The notes beneath the pieces were generated by a model that worked only from the letters and a program-made list of their open reading frames with translations, made no database searches and was not told the origin of the DNA. 64,000 bases of DNA, from positions 50,525 to 114,524 of the forward strand of contig NZ_JBMFOX010000001.1 of NCBI RefSeq assembly GCF_049969415.1, in the 5' to 3' direction. Each line of letters starts with the position of its first letter. The stretch's first letter is position 1. The position numbers and the translations under genes are program-made. Shown one piece after another: positions 1-8,497 of the stretch. The stretch comes from Candidatus Hadarchaeum sp. (GTDB lineage: Archaea; Hadarchaeota; Hadarchaeia; Hadarchaeales; Hadarchaeaceae).

Positions 1-1655
1 TCGCCGTGAAGGGAATCGGAGGCATCCACATCGCTGCGAGGACCACCGACGACGGGGTGCTGGAGAGGTTGAGGAAGGAGTTCGATCACCCCCAGCAGCC
101 CTTTGCGGTGATGTCCAAGGACCTAGATACTGTGAGAACCTTCGCTGAGGTATCACTGGAAGAAGCGGAGCTGCTCACCTCCTACCGTAGACCAATCGTC
201 ATTCTGAAAAAATCACCGAATTATCATCTCTCCGAGCTGGTGGCCCCGGGACTTGACACCATCGGGGTGATGCTCCCCTACTCCGGAATCCATCATCTCC
301 TCCTGCACGCAGGAAGGGAGCCGGCTTATGTGATGACCAGCGCCAACGTGACCGGGCTTCCCATGATCGTGGACAACAACGAGGCCTTGGCGAGGCTGAA
401 AAACGTCGTCGATTACCTGCTGCTGCACAACCGCATCATCGTCAACAGGTGCGACGACTCGGTGGTCAAGATGATCGAGGGCAAGCCCGCCTTCCTGAGG
501 CGCTCCCGCGGCTTTGTCCCCGAGCCGATTCAGCTCGCCTTCAACAGTGACCGCAGCGTGCTGGCTCTGGGCGGGGACCTCAACGTCACCGCGTCGATTT
601 TAACCGGCAATCGCTGCTTTCTCAGCCAGCACATAGGGGATACCTCCAAGCTCGAAACTCTGGAGTATCTGCAGGAGGCGATTGCCAGGCTGAGGCACCT
701 GCTGAACCTGCAAAAAGTTGATTTCGTGGCTCATGACCTGCACCCAGAATATTCCACTTCCCGGATTGCTCCCCAAATGGCGGAGAAGTTCCAAGCCCGG
801 ACCGTTGCCGTCCAGCACCACCACGCCCACCTGTGCGCCCTCATGGCCGAACATGGGCTCGACGAACTAGTGGGAGTGGCCGCAGATGGTGTCGGCTACG
901 GGCCCGACGGGACGGCCTGGGGCGGGGAGATCATGGTGGCCAGATTGGACTCTTATGAACATCGCGGCGGTCTGGTGAAACAGCCGATGCCGGGCGGAGA
1001 TCTGGCCGCAATTTATCCGGCCAGGATGGTTGCTGGAATTCTCTGGGGACACCTTGAAACCGCCGAACTCGATCGCGTCCTTCGCGAGTACTGCCCGAAC
1101 GGTTTTAAATACGGGGAAAGTGAGCGGAAAATCGTCCTCCAACAGCTGGAAAGAAAATTAAATGTGTTCCCGAGCAGCAGCTGCGGCCGGGTTCTGGATG
1201 CCGTCTCCTGTCTCCTAGGAATCTGCTTCCAGCGGACCTACGAGGGCGAGCCTGCCATAAAGCTGGAGGCAGCTGCTGAAGGCGGGGAGGCCGATAAAGT
1301 CAACATTGAACCGGCTGTGGAAAACCTCGGCGGTAAGCTGATGCTAAACACCTCGAAGTTGCTCCTAGATGTCTTGGCCGCCAGAAAAAGGAATGTTCCG
1401 CGCAAGCACATTGCCGCCGCAGCCCAGCTGGCAATTGCCCGCGGACTAAGCCAGATGGCCATTGAAGTGGCCAAATCGGAGGGAATCGAGGTAATCGGCG
1501 CGTCCGGCGGCGTCTTCTGTAACTGGGCCATCACCGTTGCCGTGAGAAAGGAGGTGGAAGAGTCCGGACTAAAGTTCGTTCGGCACGAGCTGCTGCCTCC
1601 CGGGGATGGTTGCCTCTCGGTGGGACAAGCGGTGGTCGCTTCGCGGATGACCTGA
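1..1655 (+). CDS. hypF: Carbamoyltransferase HypF ([NiFe]-hydrogenase maturation), 5'-truncated by window edge
   Basis: KGIGGIH, MTSAN, DDSVV, RRSRGFVP, SQHIGD, HDLHP, QHHHAH, DGVGYG and PPGDGCLSVGQ motifs of the YrdC-like and Kae1-like HypF domains; the acylphosphatase and Zn-finger N-terminus lies upstream of the window. Confidence 0.95.
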   Translation, partial: AVKGIGGIHIAARTTDDGVLERLRKEFDHPQQPFAVMSKDLDTVRTFAEVSLEEAELLTSYRRPIVILKKSPNYHLSELVAPGLDTIGVMLPYSGIHHLLLHAGREPAYVMTSANVTGLPMIVDNNEALARLKNVVDYLLLHNRIIVNRCDDSVVKMIEGKPAFLRRSRGFVPEPIQLAFNSDRSVLALGGDLNVTASILTGNRCFLSQHIGDTSKLETLEYLQEAIARLRHLLNLQKVDFVAHDLHPEYSTSRIAPQMAEKFQARTVAVQHHHAHLCALMAEHGLDELVGVAADGVGYGPDGTAWGGEIMVARLDSYEHRGGLVKQPMPGGDLAAIYPARMVAGILWGHLETAELDRVLREYCPNGFKYGESERKIVLQQLERKLNVFPSSSCGRVLDAVSCLLGICFQRTYEGEPAIKLEAAAEGGEADKVNIEPAVENLGGKLMLNTSKLLLDVLAARKRNVPRKHIAAAAQLAIARGLSQMAIEVAKSEGIEVIGASGGVFCNWAITVAVRKEVEESGLKFVRHELLPPGDGCLSVGQAVVASRMT

Positions 1656-2547
1656 GTTGCCCTGCCAGACATTCGGGGGCTGCCTTCATTTTTTCCTCGC
1701 CCAACAGCTGCTCGGCCTCTGAAATCAGCACCATCAACCGCGTTTTGCTCAGCCCAATTCTGGTCAACTGGTTTGGGTCCGTGGTGAGCAACTGTCTGAC
1801 CAGAACCACGCCGGCGGAACTCAGTCTTTCCAGCGTCCCTTTATCAACCGATCTCAGCACGGTTACCGGGTACAGCCCCCTCCTCTCAATCATCTTCTCT
1901 AGTCCACAGCCCCGGGGGTACCTCCAGCAGATTAATTTTACTCCACGGCATTCGGCATACCTCGTGGCATCACCAGAGGCTTTGGTATTGGAAACCAGCC
2001 AAACCTCATCAAACCTTTCTCCCCCACCCTGCTCAGCGGCCTCGTTCAAATCCAAAAACCGCGCGTAGGTGTACATGACGTCCTTGAGTCCCACCGCGGT
2101 CCCGGGCAGGTTGTGAAACTTGCACTCGACCATGGCCCGAATAAAATCACCGTCGGTCTTCTCCGCGATCACATCAACCTCATGCCGCACGCATCTTCCC
2201 TTCACGATGCTCCTTAACCTCGTCTGGTATCCGTAGTACCTAAGCAGCTCGGCGATGTAGTTTTCAAAGGTGAAACCTGCCGGGCCAAGGCGCATTATCG
2301 CTTCTTTTAAGCCATAGCGCATCGCCACTGGCGGTTGCTGCTCGGAAATCATGGACTTGACGAGTTTCAGAATCTCCTTGGTGGTTATTCCGTCGTAGAC
2401 CCTGCACTCAATTTTCTTAACAATCGCCCCGGCCACCTCCCGGCTGGCGCCTGCTCGGCGCAGGGTCCGCAGTATCTTATCCGGGCGGAAATCCTCGACC
2501 TGACCATTAGATTTAACGACCCGGATTACCAATAGCGCCCCCTCCAT
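1531..2547 (-). CDS. ATP-cone domain + Mrr-like PD-(D/E)xK restriction-endonuclease-fold protein
   Basis: N-terminal ATP-cone (VVKSNGQVEDFRPDKILRTLRRAG...GITTKEI), then GPAGFTFENYIAELL, HEVDVIAEK and MVECKFH; start uncertain (ATG 2547 or TTG 2532); last ~40 codons overlap the hypF 3' end on the opposite strand. Confidence 0.8.
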   Translation of the reverse strand: MEGALLVIRVVKSNGQVEDFRPDKILRTLRRAGASREVAGAIVKKIECRVYDGITTKEILKLVKSMISEQQPPVAMRYGLKEAIMRLGPAGFTFENYIAELLRYYGYQTRLRSIVKGRCVRHEVDVIAEKTDGDFIRAMVECKFHNLPGTAVGLKDVMYTYARFLDLNEAAEQGGGERFDEVWLVSNTKASGDATRYAECRGVKLICWRYPRGCGLEKMIERRGLYPVTVLRSVDKGTLERLSSAGVVLVRQLLTTDPNQLTRIGLSKTRLMVLISEAEQLLGEEKMKAAPECLAGQLRSSAKRPPLVPPRGNHPREAAARAERTLVRTLPPPFSRQR

Positions 2548-2587
2548 TACTGAGACTCCAAAAGAATTTAAAGTGGTCATGCCGCCA

Positions 2588-3193
2588 CTAGGACAAAAAC
2601 CCGATCAAAACCAAGATGGTGTTGTAGGAATTATGGGCCAAAACCGCGCCACCGAGCCCAAAGTACAAATAAGCTACGGAAAGCAGCAGGCTGGCCGGCA
2701 ACATGGAAATGACGATTGCAGGATAGGTGCCGGGATTGGAAAGGTGAAAAGCCGAAAACAAAATGGCCGAGGTCAAGACCGCGAGAACTTTAGACCCGCG
2801 CCACCGAATCATCTCATCGATCAACACGCCGCGAAAGATCCATTCCTCGAATACGGGCAGCACATTGACCAACAATAAAGTCAACCAAGGATAGTCCTGC
2901 TCCAGCGACACAAAGGGATATTCCTCAGGAGAAACCGTCTCTATCCCTAAGTAAAACAGAACGGAACCAATCGCCATCGATAAGACCAGCGAGAGAAAAG
3001 CGACCGAAAGCGCTCCGGTAATTAGGACCAGCCACTGCTTGGCCTTCATCCTTTTGACTAGGCGGAACCACTGCTTGGGACGCAGCCTCTCCAAGTGGTA
3101 GGGCCGCTTCACTATTATCCGGCCCATGAAGACGCCGAGAGCCACCCCGGCAACGAGAATCCTGACCAAATCCAGCCAGTACAAAAAAATCAC
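2588..3193 (-). CDS. CPBP (CAAX/Abi) family intramembrane metalloprotease
   Basis: Hydrophobic helices with EEWIFRG, FSAFH and AHNSYN motifs. Confidence 0.9.
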   Translation of the reverse strand: MIFLYWLDLVRILVAGVALGVFMGRIIVKRPYHLERLRPKQWFRLVKRMKAKQWLVLITGALSVAFLSLVLSMAIGSVLFYLGIETVSPEEYPFVSLEQDYPWLTLLLVNVLPVFEEWIFRGVLIDEMIRWRGSKVLAVLTSAILFSAFHLSNPGTYPAIVISMLPASLLLSVAYLYFGLGGAVLAHNSYNTILVLIGFLS

Positions 3194-3208
3194 GCGGATA
3201 GCCGTGAC

Positions 3209-3415
3209 TCAGCGATGCTCGGGAAACGACCCCAGCTTTATCGTCCACACAGGAGTGTTCCCGCGCAGCCTCCGCTCCACCTTCCCCTCCTCAGAGAGGT
3301 GGTAAAGATCGACGCGCAGCCTCACGATGTCGATGCCCGTCATTCGGGACAGCTCCTCAGTGGTAACCGGCGTTCCCGCTTCCTTCAGCGCCCTCAGGAT
3401 CAACTCCTTTTTCAC
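3209..3415 (-). CDS. Small winged-helix DNA-binding protein (Z-alpha/FaeA-like)
   Basis: 68 aa; ILRALKEAG..VTTEELSRMTG...LYHLSEEGKV...TPVW wHTH pattern; GGTGA RBS; in series with flanking genes. Confidence 0.7.
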   Translation of the reverse strand: MKKELILRALKEAGTPVTTEELSRMTGIDIVRLRVDLYHLSEEGKVERRLRGNTPVWTIKLGSFPEHR

Positions 3416-3419
3416 CCCA

Positions 3420-3740
3420 TCACCCCTCCTTAAGCCTCTCCAGCGCCTCCAGGGCTGATTTTATTCTATCCAGCAGTTCTAAAGTCTTAGCGTGATCCGT
3501 CTCCTTGGCAAGCTGTTCAGCGAGGGCATCTATCTTTGCCTGCAGCGTCGCCCGGACCTTATCGAGCGCCTGGTCCTTGGTCTCAGCTACAGATTTCTTC
3601 GCCCGGCCACCGCAAACGGGACAAACCACCCTTCCCTGGTACTCAAACAGGGGACTCATGCAGCTGCCGCAGTGGACCGCCAACATCTTGCCTCCGGCCA
3701 TCAGCATCTCCACGACCTTGGGTATGTCCTCCTCCTTCAT
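3420..3740 (-). CDS. UPF0148 / SSSCA1 (autoantigen p27) family Zn-ribbon protein
   Basis: GGKMLAVHCGSCMSPLF...VVCPVC followed by a coiled-coil tail. Confidence 0.85.
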   Translation of the reverse strand: MKEEDIPKVVEMLMAGGKMLAVHCGSCMSPLFEYQGRVVCPVCGGRAKKSVAETKDQALDKVRATLQAKIDALAEQLAKETDHAKTLELLDRIKSALEALERLKEG

Positions 3741-3804
3741 GCTCTACCCCAAAACCCTTTATTTGGGCCCGGGATTAAAATTAGATGATTGAGCATGTGG
3801 CGGG

Positions 3805-4071
3805 GTGATGTCCGTGTCCTCAGAGGAAAAACTGAAGCAGGTTGCAGAGATGATGTCGCGTGTGGCCGAGGACACTACCGTTCCGCGGAACATCCGCAGG
3901 GCCGTTGGCGAGGCCAAGAATGCCCTTTTGAACAAAAGCAACGACGCCATGGTCAGGGCTTCAACTGCCATCTCGATCCTTGATGAGATAAGCAATGATC
4001 CCAACATGCCCGTTCACACCCGCACCCTGATCTGGAACGCCATCAGCATTCTAGAGACCATTCGCGAGTGA
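3805..4071 (+). CDS. UPF0147 family protein
   Basis: DTTVPRNIRRA...AISILDEISNDPNMPVHTRTLIW signature. Confidence 0.9.
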   Translation: MMSVSSEEKLKQVAEMMSRVAEDTTVPRNIRRAVGEAKNALLNKSNDAMVRASTAISILDEISNDPNMPVHTRTLIWNAISILETIRE

Positions 4072-4143
4072 GGATGAAATTTGACAGCCCTTATCTGCAC
4101 CTGCGAAAGAAGATAGGGCAAATGCCGCCTGAGGTGTTTAGTT

Positions 4144-4491
4144 ATGACCATCGACATCAAGCCGCTGGTAAAACTAATGAAAAAGAGGGACCTCAAAGGC
4201 GCCAGAGACTGGCTCGAGGCAAACCGAGGCAAAATCGATCCCAATGATGAGTTCGCTAGGGGCTACCTGCTGGCGCTGCAAGGAATGGTCTCCGCGCTGG
4301 AATCCGGTGGCGAGCTCGCCGCCATCAACAAGGTGCTGGAGAAGAAATATTCTGGCGAGCAAATAGCCGAAATCATAAGCGAGACGAGGAGTAGGATCGC
4401 GCAAAAGTTCCGGCCGGCTGACGAACGGGGTTTCAACACCGCCTGGGTAGATATCCTCAGCGAACTTTCGGTTAAAAACCCTGAGGACTAA
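4144..4491 (+). CDS. Hypothetical protein
   Basis: 115-aa ORF filling the gap, helical composition (RGYLLALQGM, ERGFNTAW); no family recognised. Confidence 0.6.
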   Translation: MTIDIKPLVKLMKKRDLKGARDWLEANRGKIDPNDEFARGYLLALQGMVSALESGGELAAINKVLEKKYSGEQIAEIISETRSRIAQKFRPADERGFNTAWVDILSELSVKNPED

Positions 4492-4496
4492 GTCCG

Positions 4497-5111
4497 CTAA
4501 TCCTCCGTGGATTTCTTAGCCGGAGGACGGACGAATATCCGGTATTTGTCGACGCCCTGCAGCTCCATCACGATCCTCTTGGCGATCAGCGATTTCACGT
4601 TCACCAGACCTTTAACCCGGTTCTCTATATCGGCAAAGTCGACGAAGGGGCTCTTCTTCCTCTCTTCGATTATCGCCCACATCAGCTTCTTACCTATCCC
4701 AGGAATCAGCTCCAGCTGGTGGAAGCGGGTTGTCAGCGGCCCCGCCCTGTTGAAGAACTCGACAAAACGCTCGGGGTTTTCCTCGAGTAGGCTTTCCACC
4801 GCCGGCTGGAGCTCGGCCTTGGCTGCGGCGGTTAAGTCCTCATAGCCGATCCGGCGTTTTATCCTCTCGACCTTGTCCCGCTCACCCTTGCCAATGGAAA
4901 CCCTTTCGTGCGGCACAAAGGTCACTCCCTTGAAGGGCACCACCTCCAGCAGCGTGAAGAAGGTGTCGCCGAGTATCTGGGCTATGGGCTCCCTCAGGTG
5001 AATGGGCCTGGGATCGTTAGGGTGGCCCTGAGGGAGAAAATCCAATACTATTCCCCGGTCCTCGTACTTTTTCTCCAAAAAACACGCCTCCGAGCCCGTT
5101 TCTTTAACCAC
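4497..5111 (-). CDS. DUF655 family putative RNA-binding protein
   Basis: VLDFLPQGHP, FFTLLE, FFNRAGPLTTRFHQLELIPGIGKK (HhH); typical position after rpo4. Confidence 0.9.
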   Translation of the reverse strand: MVKETGSEACFLEKKYEDRGIVLDFLPQGHPNDPRPIHLREPIAQILGDTFFTLLEVVPFKGVTFVPHERVSIGKGERDKVERIKRRIGYEDLTAAAKAELQPAVESLLEENPERFVEFFNRAGPLTTRFHQLELIPGIGKKLMWAIIEERKKSPFVDFADIENRVKGLVNVKSLIAKRIVMELQGVDKYRIFVRPPAKKSTED

Positions 5112-5442
5112 TATACTTCTTAACTAGCTCGAGAACCTTGTTCGCTTCGTCGTCTTCGAGTTTAACCCTCTCCTTGGAAAAAATCAGCTCCAAATCCTCC
5201 TTGGTCTCCGGCATCAGGTCAACGATCGCCACGGCCAAGTGCTCCTTGATTTTATCCATCTTCAGAAGCTCCTCCTTAAGCTCTTGGGCCTCTTTCGGCT
5301 TGAGTTTGGCGAACTTTTGAGCATAATCATAGGTGAGCCTCTGCCAGTACTCCAGCTCTCCCTCCTTCTTGACCTTCTCCAGAATGCCAAGGACCTCAGG
5401 AAGGGACACCGGTTTCTCCTTCACCACACGTTTGCCGATCAT
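5104..5442 (-). CDS. rpo4: RNA polymerase subunit Rpo4 (RpoF)
   Basis: MIGKRVV...ELEYWQRLTYDYAQKF...AIVDLMPET; between rpl21e and DUF655. Confidence 0.93.
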   Translation of the reverse strand: MIGKRVVKEKPVSLPEVLGILEKVKKEGELEYWQRLTYDYAQKFAKLKPKEAQELKEELLKMDKIKEHLAVAIVDLMPETKEDLELIFSKERVKLEDDEANKVLELVKKYSG

Positions 5443-5735
5443 GCCTCCACCAACCTAAGGTGTTCGGGACGGGAAATAATCTTTTTTATTGAGCCACCGT
5501 CGCGGACGTCCACAACATAGGCCCGGCCCCGCCTCTCGCTGATAACTCCAGTCCTGCCGTGGTAGCGCGGATGCGGCTGTCCCTTGACCACGCCGGGGTC
5601 CAAAATTATGGAAACCTTGCTGCCCACGGGAAGGTCCTGAACTGCACGGCTGACAGGAGATAGCCCCTTCTCACGGGGGTGTTTGGTCAGCTTCTTCCGA
5701 CTCTTGCTTCTCAATCCCTTGGAACGCCCGGACAT
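5439..5735 (-). CDS. rpl21e: 50S ribosomal protein L21e
   Basis: SKGLRSKSRKKL...KGQPHPRYHGRTG...RPEHL. Confidence 0.97.
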   Translation of the reverse strand: MSGRSKGLRSKSRKKLTKHPREKGLSPVSRAVQDLPVGSKVSIILDPGVVKGQPHPRYHGRTGVISERRGRAYVVDVRDGGSIKKIISRPEHLRLVEA

Positions 5736-5791
5736 CTTCAATCACATAAGACGATTTTTTCCTGTCTAATTAAGTTGATTGTCTCGCCCGT

Positions 5792-7171
5792 TTAAGAGCC
5801 TTTTCCAGGGCCCTTCTCACCCGGCCCGTAACCAGACCGGAACAGCTTCCCCAGCTGTCCCATCCTCGGACCCCGGCCCTTGGCAAAGGCCTTGAGGAAT
5901 CGCTTCATCAGCTCATACTGCTTCAAAAGCTCACGGACCTCGGTCTCGGTGGTTCCCGAGCCCCGCGCCACCCTGCGGATGCGGGAGGCATTCAGGATCT
6001 TGGGGTCCTCAAGCTCCTGCGGGGTCATCGACTGCATGATGTACTTAAACTTCTTCAGCTTCTCCTCCCCCACCCTCATCTGCTCCTCGGGCAGGGAGAC
6101 CCCTACTCCGGGAATCATCTGCATGATCTTTCTCAGCGGTCCCATCTTGCTCATCGCCTCCAGCTGTTCGTAGACGTCGCGGAGCGTTATCTTGCCCGCC
6201 ATCATCGCCTTCACGTCCGCTGGCTTCAGCTTTTCCTCCTTGGTCACCTCCTCGATTTTCTGCAGCAGGGTTTCAAGATCACCCATCCCGAGCAACCTAG
6301 CCACGAATTTCTCCGGCACGAATGGTTCGAGGTCTTCTATGTGCTCCCCGACGCCGATGAACTTTATCGGTGCCCCGGTGGCCGCGACGGCAGAGAGGGC
6401 GCCGCCGCCCTTGGCCGTGCCGTCCAGCTTGGTTACCAAGATAGACCCGATGGGAGTGGCCTGCTTGAACGCCGACGCCTGCTCCTTCGCCTGCTGTCCT
6501 ATGGTGCCGTCGATGACCAGCATTATCTCATCTGGTTCCACGGCACGGGCAATCTCCTGCATCTCCTGCATCAGCGCCTCCTCGCGGCGATGTCTGCCCG
6601 CGGTGTCGACGATGATGAGCTCCGAGCGCTCCTTCTTGAAGCGCCTGACTCCCTCCTTAGCCAAGACTATCGGATCCGTTGACTCCGGATCTCCGAAGAC
6701 CTCGACGCCTATCTGCTGGCCGAGCTGCCTCAGCTGCTCATAGGCCCCGGGGCGGTAGGTATCGGCACAGACTATCGCCGGCTTGTATCCGCGCTTCTTG
6801 AAGTAGGCAGCAAGCTTGGCAACGGATGTGGTCTTGCCGCTGCCCTGGAGGCCGACCATGAGGAGGACCTTCGACCTGCCCGCCTCAAGCTGGAGCGGCG
6901 CGGGTTTTCCCAAGAAGGCTGAGAGCTCCTCATAGACAATTTTGATAACGTGCTCCTTGCGGCTCATCCCTGGAGGCAGCTTTTCCTCAAGCGCCCTTTT
7001 CTCTATCCGCTTGGTGAGGTCCAACACCAATTCAACGTTGACGTCAGCTTGAAGCAATGCCCGCTGGATCTCTCTGACCAGCTCCTTAACCGCCCGCTCA
7101 TCCACATGCGCCGCGCGAGTTATCTTCTGCAGGGCGCCATGCAGTGCCTTTCCCAGCTGTTCCAGAACCAT
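5792..7171 (-). CDS. srp54: Signal recognition particle protein Srp54
   Basis: GLQGSGKTT, DTYRPGA, DTAGRH, TKLDGTAKGGGALS and M domain (SRIRRVARGSG). Confidence 0.98.
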   Translation of the reverse strand: MVLEQLGKALHGALQKITRAAHVDERAVKELVREIQRALLQADVNVELVLDLTKRIEKRALEEKLPPGMSRKEHVIKIVYEELSAFLGKPAPLQLEAGRSKVLLMVGLQGSGKTTSVAKLAAYFKKRGYKPAIVCADTYRPGAYEQLRQLGQQIGVEVFGDPESTDPIVLAKEGVRRFKKERSELIIVDTAGRHRREEALMQEMQEIARAVEPDEIMLVIDGTIGQQAKEQASAFKQATPIGSILVTKLDGTAKGGGALSAVAATGAPIKFIGVGEHIEDLEPFVPEKFVARLLGMGDLETLLQKIEEVTKEEKLKPADVKAMMAGKITLRDVYEQLEAMSKMGPLRKIMQMIPGVGVSLPEEQMRVGEEKLKKFKYIMQSMTPQELEDPKILNASRIRRVARGSGTTETEVRELLKQYELMKRFLKAFAKGRGPRMGQLGKLFRSGYGPGEKGPGKGS

Positions 7172-7223
7172 CGGCTCACTTCTCTAAATTCTCTCATGAA
7201 AGATAAATAAACATAGCAACTAA

Positions 7224-8258
7224 ATGTTTCCCGGTGATGGCACGAAGGCGCTGATCCTCGCCGGCGGTTTTGCCAAAAGGCTGGGTACCATTGGAGAGCT
7301 GATGCCAAAGGCGATGATCATTGAGAAAGGGGACACCATCCTGAACCATTTGGTCAATAAAATCCGCGCCGTGAATCTGGAACCGATTATCTCGACCAAC
7401 AAAAAATTTGAGAAGTTTTTCTCCGGGTACCAGAACGTCATCGTCGAGGATGCCATGGCCGAGGAGCAAAAACTCGGGGCCGTCTCCGCAATCTGGAACG
7501 CGATTGAAAAGATGAAGATTGAGGAGGACCTCATGGTGGTCTGTGCTGACAACTACTTCTCCTCCAGCTTCGAGGGCTTCGTCTCTAGCTATACAGGAGA
7601 GCCACTCGTGGGCATTTACTACGTGGGGCGGAACCCGGAGATGAAGCCTGAAGAAATGGCCACGGTAAAATTCAATGGCAGTGAAAATTACCCACCGCCT
7701 GCGTCCAGCTTTTTCTTCACCGATTTTAAGGAAAAGGTCACCCCGCCCCTCAGCAGTTACGTTAGCACGGGTGCCTATATCTTTCCCAAGCGCGTCTTTC
7801 CCGTCCTCCGCGAGTTCTGCCGGAGCGCCAAACAGGACGCACCAGGATTCTTCATCCAGCACCTGATGCAACGAGGGGAGAGGGTCAGGGGCTATCTGTT
7901 CGGGGGCGAGTGGTATGATGTTTCCCACAAGAGCTACCTGCAGGCATTTCGCGAGGCGAGGGTGGTGAAAAACGACGACCGCTACATCGTCTGCGACCGG
8001 CCGCTCGGAGGCAATCTGGTGCTCTCGATTACCATTCTCCACGCCGGCAAACAGACGACGGGCCACTCCCATCCCGTGGGTGAGGTTTACTTCTTCATCG
8101 AGGGTGAGGGGGAGCTAGAAACCAACGGAAACAGACGGCGGGTGAGAGAAAAAGATGTGGCGACCATTGCCCCGAATGAGTTCCACCGTGTCTACAACAC
8201 GCGGGACAAGGACCTCGTTTTCATCTCGGTTTTTGAGAAATACGGTGAAAGAGGATAA
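7224..8258 (+). CDS. Sugar-phosphate nucleotidyltransferase with C-terminal cupin domain
   Basis: ILAGGFAKRLG...PK, FKEK and WYDV motifs, then cupin GHSHPVGEVYFFIEGEG...PNEFHRVYN. Confidence 0.8.
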   Translation: MFPGDGTKALILAGGFAKRLGTIGELMPKAMIIEKGDTILNHLVNKIRAVNLEPIISTNKKFEKFFSGYQNVIVEDAMAEEQKLGAVSAIWNAIEKMKIEEDLMVVCADNYFSSSFEGFVSSYTGEPLVGIYYVGRNPEMKPEEMATVKFNGSENYPPPASSFFFTDFKEKVTPPLSSYVSTGAYIFPKRVFPVLREFCRSAKQDAPGFFIQHLMQRGERVRGYLFGGEWYDVSHKSYLQAFREARVVKNDDRYIVCDRPLGGNLVLSITILHAGKQTTGHSHPVGEVYFFIEGEGELETNGNRRRVREKDVATIAPNEFHRVYNTRDKDLVFISVFEKYGERG

Positions 8259-8497
8259 AATTGTCTGTGGCAAAAATATCTTTTGAAAAATGGTCTGAAA
8301 ATCTCGAAGATCCGTAGGAAGGGCTTTGGCCCATCTGCCAGGTGATGGAATTAAAAAGGATTCCTTGGTCGAAAAGAAATTATTTCCTTAACCTAATGTG
8401 TGCAGAATCCGACTTAACTATTTTTAAATCGGAACAACCGGCCCCGCTCAAGTTCTCACAGATAGCTAAATAGCTCCAGCAATAGAGAGAATTTCAT

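Noticed and set aside
8259-8497. AT-rich 240-bp intergenic region with a 42-codon ORF from 8345
   Set aside because: No motif and atypical composition; most likely terminator plus promoter sequence.
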